64,000 bases of DNA, taken from assembly GCA_964016885.1 (NCBI GenBank), contig OZ024745.1:115196001-115260000 (forward strand). The letters run 5' to 3'. Under the pieces are notes generated by a model that did no database searches, was not told the origin of the DNA, and saw only the letters and a program-made list of their open reading frames with translations. This DNA is from Eledone cirrhosa. Taxonomy: Eukaryota. Shown one piece after another: positions 1-56,478 of the stretch (its first letter is position 1; each line of letters starts with the position of its first letter). A program made the translations under genes and the position numbers.

Positions 1-419
1 TGGGTCATATGTATGGACCCATAGCTCCTGATAGAGTTGTAGGGGCACTCTAGCGACATACAGCATTTATTAGGCACTTTATTTAAACTTAACAGAGCCC
101 ATCCCTTCTCCAGATCAGAAACAACCAATTTCTTCCAAAGAAAAGAGAGAGATAGAGAGGAAGTAAGACAGAGATGCAGAGGAAAAATCGACCACAGTAC
201 TGGACTGGTACATTTTTTATCAACCTTGGAAGGATGAAAAGCAAAGTTGATCTTGGCAGGATGTGAACTCAGAACTCAAAGCATTCTGTCTGATGTTCTA
301 ATGACTGTCAATATGTTGCCATATCTTTGATATAAGAATATTTTTGTCAGAAGATGGACAAGACTTCTGTTGTGAAAGATAGGAAAATTGTGAAGTCTAT
401 TGACCAGGAGCCTAGTATC

Positions 420-775
420 ATCATCAACATTTTACATTGACTGTTCCATGCTTGCATGAGTTGGATGAGTCCTTTTCGGCAGAATATCTCTTCACTCATT
501 GTGCTCCTTTGTCACATCCAATGTGAGCTTCAGCCATTTGAGATCAGCTCTCATAAACTCTGCCCAGGTCTTCTTTGATCTTCCTCTAATACAGTTTCCT
601 TTTGTTGAGATTTCTTGGTATTTCTTCACTCAGAGGTTATCATCCATATACGTCACATGTCAATACAAGTGCAGTCTTTTCTGCACACTAGATTTGATTC
701 TTCTTATACCCAACCTTTCTTGCAGCTTATCTATACTTTGTTGTTCACACATATTAAGGACAAAACATAGATGAG
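420..775 (-). mobile_element. RTE LINE 3' fragment, degenerate
   Basis: Similar to the 3' end of the RTE at 21793-23165 (KTWAE motif); (CAT)n tail near 420. Confidence 0.65.
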
Positions 776-902
776 CTGTAAGAAATGCTGGATATAATAC
801 TGGTTTTTATTTTATTGACTTTCAATGGAGAGAAAAAAAGAAAAGATGATTCTGTCAGGATCTGAACTTCAGACAAAGAAGGATGAAACTAATTTGGTTA
901 AA

Positions 903-1300
903 TCCCTGTAAGGCAGTCATGCTGGTGACATGAGAAAAGAGCACCCAGTCCACTCTGTAAGGCAGTCATGCTGGTGACATGAGAAAAGAGCACCCAGTCC
1001 ACCCTGTAAGGCAGTTGTGTTGGTGACATGAGAAAAGAGCACCCAGTCCACCCTGTAAAGTAGTAGTGATGGTGACTTAAAAAAAAAAAATGCACCCAGT
1101 CCACTCTGCAAGGTGATCATGCTGGTACAGTCCACCTAGTAAGATGGTTGGCATAAGGAGAGCATCCAGCCATAGAAACCAAGCCAAAATACAAAACTGT
1201 ATGAGCAAGACATGGTAACTTGACTTGACTTGTTTCATAATGTTATAACCCATTTATTCTGTGCTAGCATGGAAACATAGATATTAAACGATGATGATGA
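903..1300 (+). repeat. 49-bp tandem units followed by RTE-type 3' module
   Basis: About 5 copies of ctgtaaggcagtcatgctggtgacatgagaaaagagcacccagtccac, then ggttggcataaggagagcatccagcc and a (GAT)n tail. Confidence 0.85.
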
Positions 1301-2695
1301 TTTAACTAAGTGTTTCACTGTCTCTGCAATCTTCCTATTTCTAAATACACAGAGCTGTTAAGTAAAACATATTTGGTGACAAGTTCTCTTCCTCTCTCAC
1401 TCCCATATACATACACACACATACATACTCACACATACATACATACATACACAGTAACAACATATGGACAAAAGTCCCACACATACATTTTAACCCTTTA
1501 TAAAATGTTTTCGCAACTCTTTGCCTCCTTCTTCCCCCCTCTCTTTCTCTTTCCTCCTTCCTTTCTTTCCTCTTTCTCTCTCCTTCTTAATCCCTCTCTC
1601 TTCCTCTTCTACTGAATGCATTTATTTTGTCGTTCACCAACATTAGAGAAGGTGTCGTGCCCCCGACACAACTAAGAGTTCTCGAAACTCTTTTGGAATG
1701 GTTTCTACAGTGAGGTGTCCTTTCTATTGATAACCACCTTACAGCATGAACTTGGTGCATTTATTGTGCTACTGTAACTAGGGAAGTTGTCATTGAGTCA
1801 ACTGAAGAACCCTCTCAACCCTACAGAGCAAGGTAGGGTGTTGACAAGTGTGGGGAGCTTTGACATTTACATTGAGATAAACATATAGCCAAACCAAACA
1901 TATAGCAAACCACACAGAAGTCAACTCTAATTGCTTTACTGTATCAATCAAGCTTTAGATGAATTAATCCAGTTCCTTCCCCACTACAAACTAACCTTAC
2001 TAAAACCCGTGGCACTAATCTTCAACATGAAAAGGGTTTGACCACACACACACACACACGTACACACACTCACACATACACACACTCATCACATACACAC
2101 ATATACATTAACCAGACCATACACACATACAAACCACACACACATGTACATGACATGAAAGGATTAACTAATATTTCTAAACCAGTGAATAATTTAATTC
2201 TTTTCTTTTTTCTTTCCCTTTATTTTCATTGTTTATATAATTGATTGATTTGGGAAGGACTTCTTTCTTTCTTCCTTTCTTTCGCTTTTATTCTCCCCAC
2301 TTACATGTCTAGCTTTCTTCTTTCCTCTTTCTTTCAAACATCAAAACTGACAGATGTTCATTCCAGTGAAGGGTTTGGTTGCTAGTTTAAAGAAGGTGCG
2401 TTGGGGGTTGTCAGCAATAAAGGGTTTCTTCCTTTACTCCAAAATACAGACTGTATGAGTTCATGCAAAAGGTGTAATCTTGCATGTTAGTGAAACAGAG
2501 ATAGAGGTAAAGAATCTCCTTCAGTCAGAAATGGCCATGGGATTTGTACCTAGAAAGTACCACTCCAAGGCACAAAGTCTGGGCAAGTTTCTTTTTTGTG
2601 GAAAACCAACAGTAACCCATGCATACCAGTCTCCCATCTCTACATCACCGATGTTGTCCAAGAGAAAGGCAAAGGCCAACACAGCTTGGCACCAG

Positions 2696-2850
2696 TGATG
2701 TCACAACTCATTTCTTTAGCTGAGTAAACTGGAGCAACATGAAATAAAGTGTTTTGCTCAAGGACACAACATACTACCCAGTCCAGGAATTGAGCTCATA
2801 ACCTGACGATTATAAGCCTAATGCTCTAACCACTAAGCTATGTACCTTCC
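2696..2850 (-). mobile_element. tRNA-derived SINE (CORE-like family)
   Basis: Reverse complement of the family at 6459-6600 (gcttagtggttagagcatt...ttgagcaaaacactttatttcatgttgctccagt). Confidence 0.75.
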
Positions 2851-3424
2851 CATGAGACATAGGTAGTGACTGTGGAATATCTGTGAAGGCCAGAGAGAAA
2901 TGAAATGAACAGGGTCTGTTGGAGGTGTAATTAATGGTTTGTAATTAATATGAATCTTAATCAATAAAACTTGTGACCTAGCAGCCTTTTTGGATAAAAG
3001 TGTTTCCGTTATGACCATGTTCTGCTTAAAATGTTGCAAGTTCACTTTGTATCAGGTCTGTGGAGATGGGGATGGCGTTGTTATTGGATATCTAGAAACA
3101 ATTCATCTTCATCATTATCATCATTTTTTAAGCATTTTCCATGCTGGCATAGGTTAGATTGGTTGTCACATTTTGAGGCAGGATGTGTCAGAGGACAACG
3201 TGTTGCTTGTGTGTTCCATTGTGGCATAGTTTCCTTAGCTGGATGCCCCTCCACTTTACAGAATGTACTGGATGTATTATTCATTACACCAGCACTTCCA
3301 ATTTACAGAAGATGCTGGGTGCATTATTCACATCAGTAGCACTATTATTTGTGTGTTGTTAATATGCAAGATAAAAGGGAAAAGATCAGATAAGCTATGG
3401 TATTTAATTCTATTTTTTCTATTG

Positions 3425-3885
3425 TTAAGAATAAGTGCAGGCAGGGATGTGTGGTTAATAGGTGCAGGCAGGGATGTGTGGTTAATAGGTGCAAGGCATG
3501 GCTGTGTGGTTAAGAAAAAGTACAGGTATCGCTGTGTGGTTAATAGGTGCAGGTGTGGCTGTGTGTGGTTAAGAATAGGTGCAAGGTATGGCTGTGTGTG
3601 GTTAAGAATAGATAAAGGTGTGGCTGTGTGGTTAAGAATAGGTGCAGATATGGCTGTATGGTTAAGAATAGGTACAAGGTATGGCTGTATGGTTAAGAAT
3701 AGGTACAAGGTATGGTTGTGTGGTTAAGAATAGGTACAGGGTATGACTGTGTGGTTAAGAAGCTTGGTTTGCAGCCATATGATTTTCAGTTCTATCTCAT
3801 TATGTAGCACCTTAAGAAAGTGTCTTCTTTTCTAGCCTTGAGCTGCTTAATTCTTCTGGGTGAATTTGGTAGACAGAAACTCTTG
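3425..3885 (+). repeat. ~31-bp minisatellite made from a SINE 5' head, running into the SINE body
   Basis: About 11 units of gtgtggttaagaataggt(a/g)caaggtatggct; the last unit continues as gtggttaagaagcttggtttgcagcc. Confidence 0.8.
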
Positions 3886-4004
3886 AGTATATCTGTTTAC
3901 ATATGTGTTGTGTGTGTCTATATCTATCTGGGAGCTTCCAACAGTAATGGTTGCATTCTTTAAGGGTATGTCAATATTTATTTATAAAACTGCTCTATAT
4001 TATA

Positions 4005-4062
4005 TTTTATCTGATGAAAGCACACCATAATTTAACTTGGTGTCCTTGAAATATGTATAATG
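4005..4062 (+). ncRNA. Candidate minimal hammerhead ribozyme (degenerate)
   Basis: CTGATGA, stem II aag-c-acacca/tggtgt-c-ctt, then GAAA-TATGTA; stem I is weak. Confidence 0.5.
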
Positions 4063-4914
4063 AAATAAATATGGTTTTATAAATATAGTTTCCATTATAT
4101 ATATATATATACACATATATATATATATATATGTATATATATTAATAGTAATAATAATAAATGTGTTTCTTTGCTCTAGAAATTGTTCTTCACAGTAATT
4201 AATTGATTATATATAGTAATAATAATAATAATAATAATGATAATAATAATAATAATAAATAATAACAATATATTAGGGAACAAAGAATCAGTGTTGCATC
4301 ATATACATATTTAATTACATATTACATGTTTCACTGTTGATCAGCTCGAGGAATGATTGAATGATGATCGATCCTGACTCTGAAATTGGAAGCTCTTCAG
4401 ATATGTTTACATGTAGACATGTATCTATACATATTGTTATACTTTGGGAGGTCGTGTTGCCAATAAGAAACACACAAACCAGTTGCTTTCACTCCAATTT
4501 ATTATAAATTAAATTATAAATAAAAAAATAAAAAAATTATAAATTTCCGGTTGGTTGGTTGGTTGGTTCCACAACCGGACGGTTGTTCATATATTGTCAA
4601 AGTTCTTTCGTCACACATTCTGTCACCTCTTCAGTGACTGGGGATTCTTTTCTTTGTTTTGTGCCTATCCTTTGTTCTGTCCTATGCCATCTTGTTTTTG
4701 TGTGTGTTGTGTGCTTAGTTTGCGCATGTGTTACATCCGGGTGTCTGTGTGTGTTTTTATTTGTTTATTTATTTGTTTATTTACATGTTACTAGTTGGTT
4801 GTTTGTTCTATGTGTGTGTGTTTTCATTTTGTCCTTAATTGTAAGTTGTGATGTTGCTATTTCATTCTATTTAATTTTGGTTGGAGTTCATTTATGTTTA
4901 TTGCCTCTGTGATT

Positions 4915-5990
4915 TGTCTAATGACACTGTCGGAAGGCATGGGTTTGCCTCTCCATGTGCCAAGTTGCAAACTGACAGACTTGTTTGGGTTTAGTCTTGC
5001 TCCTATCAACGTTTCGTATTCCTGTGATAGGTTGCTGATTATCCCGATTTCCAAGGTTTTCGACACCATTACGGTTATGTTGTTGGCTTAGGCCGATGCT
5101 GCTTTCCGCAGTCCTGGTTCAATCGGGATGCCCTGCAACAGCTCCAACTTCTGCAGTAATGGCTCGAGAGTCAGTACATACAGAATGGAGGAGAGAGGAC
5201 ATCCCTGACGGATGGAACGCATGATTTGGAATGGCTCCGATAGATAGTCATTCACCGTGACTGCCCAGTAGATGTTGGTGTGCATGGCAGCGATCCAGTC
5301 TCTGAAGACGGGACCAAAGCTGGCCACCTTGAGAACCGCTTCCAAGTATTGATGGTCGACCCTATCAAATGCCTTAGACTGATCTAAATTGATCAGAGCT
5401 CCACCGAAGCCAGGTTTACACCCTACTCTCTCTATGATATATCGCATGAGGTGGAGGTTGTCGTGTATGGACCTGGTCGGGATTGTACACGTTTGCGCTT
5501 CCCCTACCAGGTTCTTGATGACAAGCACCAGCCTCGCTGCTAACATCTTGGCCAAAATCTTTAACTCTGTGTTGAGCAGAGTTATGAGCCTGAAATTGCT
5601 TATCTCATCCCCCTTGTTCTCATATTTCCTGATCAGCGTTGCTACGCCTCTGCCTACAGAACTGGGAATCCTCCCGTTCTGCTGCCAGTTGCAGTAGACC
5701 GCTTCGAGGATGCCAGAGAACAAGTTTGGCATGCCTATGTAAAACTCATAGGGTAGACCATCTAAACCGGGTGATTTGCATTTCCCGCAGCGGCCTAGGG
5801 CCTCTCTATTTCGCCCGCTGTGATCGGACTTTCGCAGCTCTCTGCATTCGTGCTCAAGAGTTATGGTACGCCGTCGAGGTAGGAGCTGAAGTGCATCAAC
5901 TCCCTCGATGTAGCCCTTTGCCCGAACAGTTGAAAAATGCTGCTGGAAGGCATCCTGCTTGGATTCGAGTAGGATGCGTACATCAAAGAC
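4915..5990 (-). mobile_element. L1/Tx1-clade non-LTR retrotransposon RT fragment (dead)
   Basis: KSPGLDGLPYEFY, FRLITLLNTELKILAK, RSIHDNLHL, LDQSKAFDRVDH, IRQGCPLS. The catalytic YADD position reads *ANN, and the frame continues YETLIGARLNPNKS. Confidence 0.92.
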
Positions 5991-6007
5991 TGAATTGTGG
6001 ATAGATG

Positions 6008-6011
<4 letters not shown>

Positions 6012-6094
<83 letters not shown>
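6012..6094. repeat. (GA)n microsatellite
   Basis: Perfect dinucleotide run; source of the spurious SLSL translation. Confidence 0.98.
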
Positions 6095-6095
<1 letters not shown>

Positions 6096-6420
6096 AAGGG
6101 AGAGAGAGAAGAAACAACTATGAAATTGAAGTAATGCCACAAGTGAATGATACAACAACATGATATTAATTGTTTCATTACCATATTTCTAATGAAAGAA
6201 ACTGCCTATGATTTTCAAATAATTTAAAAGAAAATCAAGAATCTGGAGGGATTTAGTAACATAACTAACTTTTTCATTATTATGTTGATATTTGGAGCAT
6301 AACTTAACAAAGGATCGTAAATACAATTATGATGGAAAGTTTTTAGATAAATATAAATACTTTAGAATAAACAGCTTTGTAATATAGAACTAGCTGTAGT
6401 TTCAGTTTGATATCAAAAGG

Positions 6421-7054
6421 TTCAACCCTTTAGCATTTATATTACTCTATATTTATTTGGAGGCACATGGCTTAGTGGTTAGAGCATTGGCCTTGCAATC
6501 GAAAGGTTGTGAGTTCAATTCTCAGACCGGGTGATGTGTTGTTTCCTTGAGCAAGACACTTTATTTCACATTGCTCCAGTTTACTCAGCTGTAGAAATGA
6601 GATGATAAGGACTCGGGTCCCTATCATTCCACTGCAAAGTGGTCGTGGAGGTGCCATGGCAAAAAAGCACCCAGACCACACTGTAAAGTGGACGTGTAGG
6701 CGCCACGGAAAAAAAGCACCCAGCACTCACTGTAAATAAGGTTGGTGTTAGGAAGGGCATCCAGCGGTAGAAATCAAGCCAGAATCAGTTCCCGTCCCGC
6801 CCTTGCAAGCAGGGAAAAGCGGACGTATGATGAAATGATGATGATTTACTATTTTATTTTCATGGTAGATACTTTATTTCACATAATATCAAATAATACA
6901 TTCCACATAATATCGAATCTACGAGATTTTGATATTACTTATTTTGAGAACAATACCTTAACATAAGTATGAGCAATCGTTTTCGGCCAGTTTGAACAAA
7001 ATGAGGTGAGAGAATTCTGGCCGGATGTGGCCAGTTTAAATGCGAAAGGGTTAA
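6421..7054. mobile_element. TTAA-flanked piggyBac-type MITE with nested SINE
   Basis: Ends (tt)caaccctttagcattt and aaatgcgaaagggttaa; the body is the reverse complement of 10273-10501; interrupted at about 6459-6845. Confidence 0.75.
6459..6845 (+). mobile_element. tRNA-derived CORE-like SINE followed by RTE-type 3' module
   Basis: A/B boxes (tggcttagtgg, gagttcaattc); core ccttgagcaagacactttatttcac; tail ccttgcaagcagggaaaagcggacgta(tga)n, matching the RTE 3' end at about 23120. Confidence 0.8.
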
Positions 7055-7614
7055 TGAAGAATTTTGAAGGATTTACAAAAATTATCAATTATTCATTACT
7101 AAGACAGTAAGTTAACATATGGTTCTTATATAGAATTATTTTGGAAGATTTTAATTTTAATAGGGTCCTTTTGCAATGAGTGGTTTACTCTCATGTTTTA
7201 GCCAGGATGGTATCAAGAGGGTTAAAAGATGAAAGCATCACATATTTTTCAAGCAATAGATTTGAAATACCTAACAATACTCATGATTGATACCTTTAAT
7301 TAGCAAATGGTTGGTGTTTTCTAACACACCTGAACAACCATATATTAGTAGTTGTAACAAACATTGAACAGGATTCAATGCTTTTAACCAAGTCAATGTA
7401 GGAGTCTCTATGTCGTCTACTTGACCTGCTAAATATAGCCATCAAATCTCTTTCATATCATGCCCTACCATCTTAAAAAAGAAAGATACATTGGATAATG
7501 TAGTCCATGTTAGAACATTACTTGGGAAAAAAAAATCAAAAAACAAAAAAAGGCAAAAACAAAAAAAACAAGATGATCCCAGTTGGAACATCTTTGTGTG
7601 TAGGACTGCTAAAA

Positions 7615-7800
7615 TAATTGTTTCTACTTTTGGCACAAGGCCAGCAATTATCCCAGTGTATTACTGGTACTTTATTTTATCGACCCTGTAAGGATGAAAG
7701 GCAAAGTTAACCTCGGCGGGATTTGAACTCGGACCATAAAAGGCCGTAACTCTTTGCTGCAAAGCATGGCATCCGACCCTCTACCGATACTGCCAATCCA
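7615..7800 (-). mobile_element. tRNA-derived SINE family 2 (Meta/MESC-domain-like)
   Basis: Near-identical to the reverse complement of 10908-11100; imperfect TSD ctgctaaa(a/t)taat. Confidence 0.85.
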
Positions 7801-7875
7801 CTGCTAAATTAATGCTAACTTGGAGTTAATAACTTTTTACTATTCTCTGTAAACAATTTTTTTTATCTATTTTAG

Positions 7876-50768
<42,893 letters not shown>

Positions 50769-51289
50769 TATATGTATAAAAAATAAGACAACTAGTAATG
50801 AACTAAACAGCAAAAGGAGAAAGAGAGAGAAAAAATTATCTCAGCAATGTGGAACACTAAAAACCTCTCATCACATGTTCTGTGTGAAGTCAATAAGAAG
50901 TGAGAACATTTAAAGACATGGATATTGATATTGAAGCAGTTAAAATGTAACGAAACATTATACGAAGTAATAACTAATGTTTATTACAAAATACTTAACT
51001 TCCAAGGATTCTTTTAACTATCGGAGTTCATTCTTCCATTTATTGTAACAACAAATTCTAAAACCTTACCAAGCAAGGAATGAAAACTGAAGCATTTTGT
51101 CAGTGCTGTATAAACTAATCTGGAGTAAAGCCCACAAAATCTATTCACATGCTAGTAAATTGTTTATATGATGTTATTTTTTTAGTGTAATGTGTCCCAC
51201 AAGTTACAGTACAACTCAGCATTGCTACTCTAGTGATGTGGGCCTGGTCAGAGTGGGGGAGCGTTCTCTGGTGTGTGGGGGCCCATGTG

Positions 51290-51750
51290 TAGGCCACCTC
51301 ATGATCTCAGTGAATAGAATGGGAAAAACATTGCCCCAGAGAATGGCAAGGGAGATGCATTGGAATAGGCGTTCAACTCATGGTCTCATTCCTGCAGGTG
51401 GCCAACTTCGCCATCAATATTGTAAGGATGTAGTCTGAAGGGCCAAGAATGCCAGAAGTCTCCATTATTACAGGTTTGACCACAAACCTATCAGAGAGTG
51501 ATCGATACTTTGATAGCTTGCTCACTTCAACCTGATGAGCAGTGAAGTCTGGGTTAGTCAACAAATGCACTAGGTTGTTGCTGAAGAATCTGTCACAGCA
51601 TGTAGCATCTTAGATGAGGGGCTTCACATGGGAAGATTTTTATGGCATCTGGCTTTTTTGCCATCCCTTGGTTTAGCCCTACTGGCTTAAGCTGGGAAAG
51701 GAATCCTGTGGTGTCCAAGATATGCATTATGATCTTGTTGAGAACAGCAT
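51290..51750 (-). mobile_element. CRE-like RLE fragment
   Basis: KLSKYRSLSDRFVVKPVIMETSGILGP...; upstream KKPD-like and DATCCD motifs. Confidence 0.7.
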
Positions 51751-54700
51751 TGTATAATTTCTTTTAAAAACAAATATGTGATATTTTCTGAGGATGTAAT
51801 AGTAAATTTTCAATGAGTTTATCAATAATGAATATTACCCATACACAAATGCCTACATAAACACATACATAATTTTGTTGGCTTGGAACTTTCAATGACT
51901 TATGTAAACTTAGTTACTGTTAATTAGACTCTACACAAGCATTAAGTCCTTTATTCAGTATATATATATATAGTGTTAAAATAAAAATAAAAACAACACA
52001 AACTTAGATAAAGAATTCTAACATAGTACACCACTATATAAACACCATTATATATTCATTTATTAAAGTTGAAAGTCATGATATCCTCTATCAATATAAC
52101 AGAATAATGGTCTCTTGCCAAGTAGCATTAAAATATAGCCACTGAAGTAATTTGATTAAAGCTGTCTACATTTTTGTAAATCTTCTTTCCTCCTGACTCT
52201 CACCAGAAGTTACTTAAAACTATGTAATTTCTTGAATTTTAAACCATAATCCTGTTTCATCGCAAAATATAAGGAATTTACCTATGACAATAAAATAACA
52301 GCTAAATTGAGAAAAAAAAATGAAAAATTAAATAATGCAAAAAAAAAAATATATATATATATATCTTAGTAATATTCACTTGATAAATGATAATTTTCAA
52401 AAACAATTTATTCTGATGTATGCTTTGCAGTATTTGAGTCTGCCATAAAAATAACAGAAGAATCATTCTAGGACTAAACTGATTTATATTCCATCTTGAT
52501 TAAAATATTAAATAAAGTTTTAGCATGTTTGTTGCTATTCTATGAGCTTGCTAGCTTCATATGGTGCTTAATGTGATGATCTACCAAATATAGTAAAACA
52601 AAATGTAGCCATACCATACCTCAGTCAGTTTCATGTTTCAATGAAACTAACAGGCATTTAATTGGATGTTCGGCAGGCAGGTAAAATATGCAATCAAATC
52701 TTTCTAATTAATTGAATGGAATATATGATATATGCACAATCAAGCACATATTCACAGAAATATAGTTTTTTAAATTTTTTTACATTCTTGTATGTGTACC
52801 TTGCAGTTTGTTTGGAGCAGAAATCTCCTGCGCACATCATTTTTGTTTCTAAACCTTTCGATCTCAGCTTAGGAATATAAAAAAGGCAAAGAATAAGTCA
52901 ACACAAAAATTTGAAAAATAAAAAGCTTGATAAAAACAATAAAACTAGAACACATACATACATAACATACACATACATAAATTAAATGAATACATACACA
53001 CATACACATGATTCAGTGTTTCTTAATTTCTTCATGCACCTAAAGACCTGTGCTACTTTAACCACATTTTTGCATGCAATTTCACACAGAAACATGGGAT
53101 CACAATTTTGCAAATGACTCAACAATAGTATATTGTTGGTTCTTATTTTACCAATCTCTAAAATATGAAAGGCAAAATACAAGCTTCAACAATACTGGAC
53201 AAAAACTTTAGCTTAGAACTATTATAGAGCTGCCAGTAAGCCATGAGAGATTAGGAGAAGAGTCTACCACTTCTTACAGTTGAGAAAAAAAAAAAAAAAA
53301 AAAATCAAGAAGATATACAGAGACAAGTGAATATAAAAGATAAAAATAAAATAAAATAAAAAAATTAAATAGGGAAGGCCAACTAGAGGCAAAATAAGCA
53401 TTAAAAAAAGATAAGGAAAAAATGAGAAGCAAGATAAGAAATGATATTGAAAAAGCATTTAGTCTAACTTATTGGTTAGTATTAGATATTAACATTATTA
53501 TATCCAATATTACATTCAAGCATGTTAAGCTCACAATTACTTATGGCAATGCTACTTGTGTGTCACCTTGCCTCACCCCATGTTGTGGCATGTGATTGAG
53601 TGTCTCACATTTTTTAATTTTTTATATATAAATTGTGATTATATGTACGCATAATTATGTGAAATACATTTAAAAAGTTAATGTAAGAAGTTAATATACA
53701 TTGCCAATTGTTTTCTTTTCTATTGTTGAAAAATGCCAGAAGCTGTTAATAAATTAACATTATCAATCAACAAACAATAGGTCAACAGATGCAACAATAA
53801 AAACTATATCAGGGAAATATGTTATTAAAAAAATGAAACACATGAGCTACACAACTTGTGGCAGATTAAGGGTGAGTATCTTCCTAGGCTGTAGCAAGGG
53901 GCCCAAAATAATGTTTTGGGGTTCCCAAAATAATATGCATGGGTTCCAATGAAATTTTCAGCTAGGGGCCCCAAGCAAGCTTAATTCGCCTTTGGTCCTA
54001 GAATTAAAATGCTTCACCTGTATAACATGAAACATGGCACATGGATAAAGGCAAAGTAAACAAAAAACATCAGAGTTACTGAAATTCTTTCTTTTTTTCA
54101 TAAAGAAACCATGAAAGTTATATGAAGAATACCTAAGATTAATGAAATATCTTACAGGAAAAATTTGAAGAAAATTACACAAATGCATACATACACACAC
54201 ACATTCAACAGATGATCACACATTCTTGACATTGTCTAAGCTCTGACAAAAGCGACTAGCCCCATTGTTATAATCTGGCTCTTTTTCTGCTGCAAATGAT
54301 ACGGCCAGTTATTAAGAAACAGAATTTGCAAATGTTGCTGATAATGATGCCTTGTTATTAGTGATTCAATTCTCTGACGAATTGGTGAAAGATGTGTACA
54401 TCACACACATTAACCTGCCATTTTCCTTCCATGTATGCATCCATCCATCCAGACATTAAATAAATTACATACATGGGGATATTGACTGTATGCATATATT
54501 TCATTTTTTCTGAACTACACAATGAGCTTTAAAGTTGGTTTCTCATGTTACAATTTTGCTTATGTAAAGAAAACAATTAAATACATAATAAATACAATAA
54601 AAATAAATTATATTGAAATATTTTTTAATGAAAATTCATAATTCTAATTACAATGGTATGCACATTAAAGAAACCACTAATATTTTAATGCATAATTAGA

Positions 54701-56250
54701 AAAAAAACACAGTTATAATCATACATCAAATATGAATAGTAAATTATCACAAGATAACTTGTCAGATGAAACATTAAAAAGACTTCAGTAAAAGACAGAG
54801 TGTCTAAATAATATTTCTTGAAAAATAGTAAATACTCTCATATGCTGAATGTTTTACTAAAGTATTAAAAAATGCTACTAAAAGGTTGATAAATACTAAT
54901 AAAAATAATAACAATTATAATAATAAATTTTGAATCCTCAAAAACTATAATTCTTTGAATTGGAATGATTCCATTAAAAAAATGAAAACAATGAAAATGC
55001 TTAGTATTTCATTAAAATTTAATTTTAGAAAGCTTTGCCCACATGTAGTGTTGGTGATGATGAGGCATAACCACTCATTGGGATTCAGCTTTGAAATCTT
55101 CTCATCTTCTTTAACATATGATAACTTTTTATAATTAGTTATCTTTTCAATAAATACAATAATACAATAATACAATAATTTTAACTAATAATTATATATA
55201 TATTTGTTATATATAGTCTTTAAGTCCTAAAGGACCAATGCTTAGCTTTGGATTTATAGTATTAGTATATATGGGAGTTGAAGAACTGATGTGTTTCTTC
55301 CATTAAAAAAAAATAATAATGACATATTTTCATTAAATTTTTGCAGAAAATGTTTTGTCAAGCGACGACTACATACTTATAAGAAGTAACTATGACAATC
55401 ATGCTTCAGTATCGCTGATGAAACCAAATATTATGGATTTACTTGTTTTTTTCTCTTCCATTCTATTGTAGCAAAATATTTATGAAAGTTGTAATAGGGA
55501 ACCAATAATTGAATCAATTCCAGAGGGAAACGTTTTCTTTGAGAAATCCTTTTGTGTTTCATAAAAAGAAAATTTAAAGTGCAAAAGAGAAAAAATGGAT
55601 TTATTCAACAAGAAATATGGTGTTTAACTGGTTGAAAACAAATTAATTGAGAAAGATTTAAAAATATTTATTACAAATATATCAATATATAGGCATTAAA
55701 ATCCCCCATGCTTCTATCTGCTTTTGGTGGGGGATTATAATGAATAAAACAATTTTTTTCAAACTGAAGATTTAAAACTTTTTGGAATGTTTGCTGAACA
55801 ATGGGAAAAAAAATGAATGAAATAAAACATCAACAGTAAACAAAATTGAGACATTTTTACAATTATAAAACTGAAAATAATATGATGAACAAACATTTAA
55901 ATAATAATTATACTTATTAATCCTGTCACTGGAAATTAAACCCCATTTTGAAAGGTTTCATAAAATAAGTAATATGAAAAAAAGAATACTTAAACAAGAA
56001 TAAATATAAAACATTTCGTTTTATAAAATACTGAAAAAAATAAATAAAGCAACATACCTGAATGAAACTTGGTATTGATTTTCATTGCATATGTTCTTTT
56101 GCCTCTTGAGTCCCTGAGACATTTGCATTAACTCTTTCCATTCAAATAAAATTTATATCCTTTAATTGCTTGACTTCTGATTATTTTTTATTTGGTTTAC
56201 AAATCTACACACAGTGTTTATATCTGTATGTTCATTTTGTTTTTTTAAGT

Positions 56251-56478
56251 TTAATCCTTAAGCATTTAAACTGGCCATATCCAGCAAGAATTCCCTCACT
56301 TCTTTCTGCTCAAACCGACAGTAACCGGCTGCTCACACTTATTTTAAGGTATTGTTCTCAAAATAAATAATATCAAAATCTCATAGATTCGATATTATCT
56401 GAGATATTATATGAAATAAAGTGTTTACCACAAAAATACAATAGTAAGTATAGAGTAATGTAAATGTTAAAGGGTTAA
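56251..56478. mobile_element. TTAA MITE copy
   Basis: Homologous to 10273-10501 with TTAA at both ends. Confidence 0.82.

Noticed and set aside
2354-2395. Upstream tetraspanin exon (cag|ATGTTCATT...AAG|gtgcgt)
   Set aside because: Its open frame ends in phase 0 but exon A needs phase 1, and the phase-compatible frame has a stop. It could at most be a UTR exon.
5088-6161. 357-aa intact reverse transcriptase gene
   Set aside because: The N-terminus is translated (CT)n microsatellite, and the catalytic YADD is replaced by stop-ANN.
6459-6530. tRNA genes at SINE heads
   Set aside because: A/B boxes are present, but there is no complete cloverleaf and each head continues into a SINE body.
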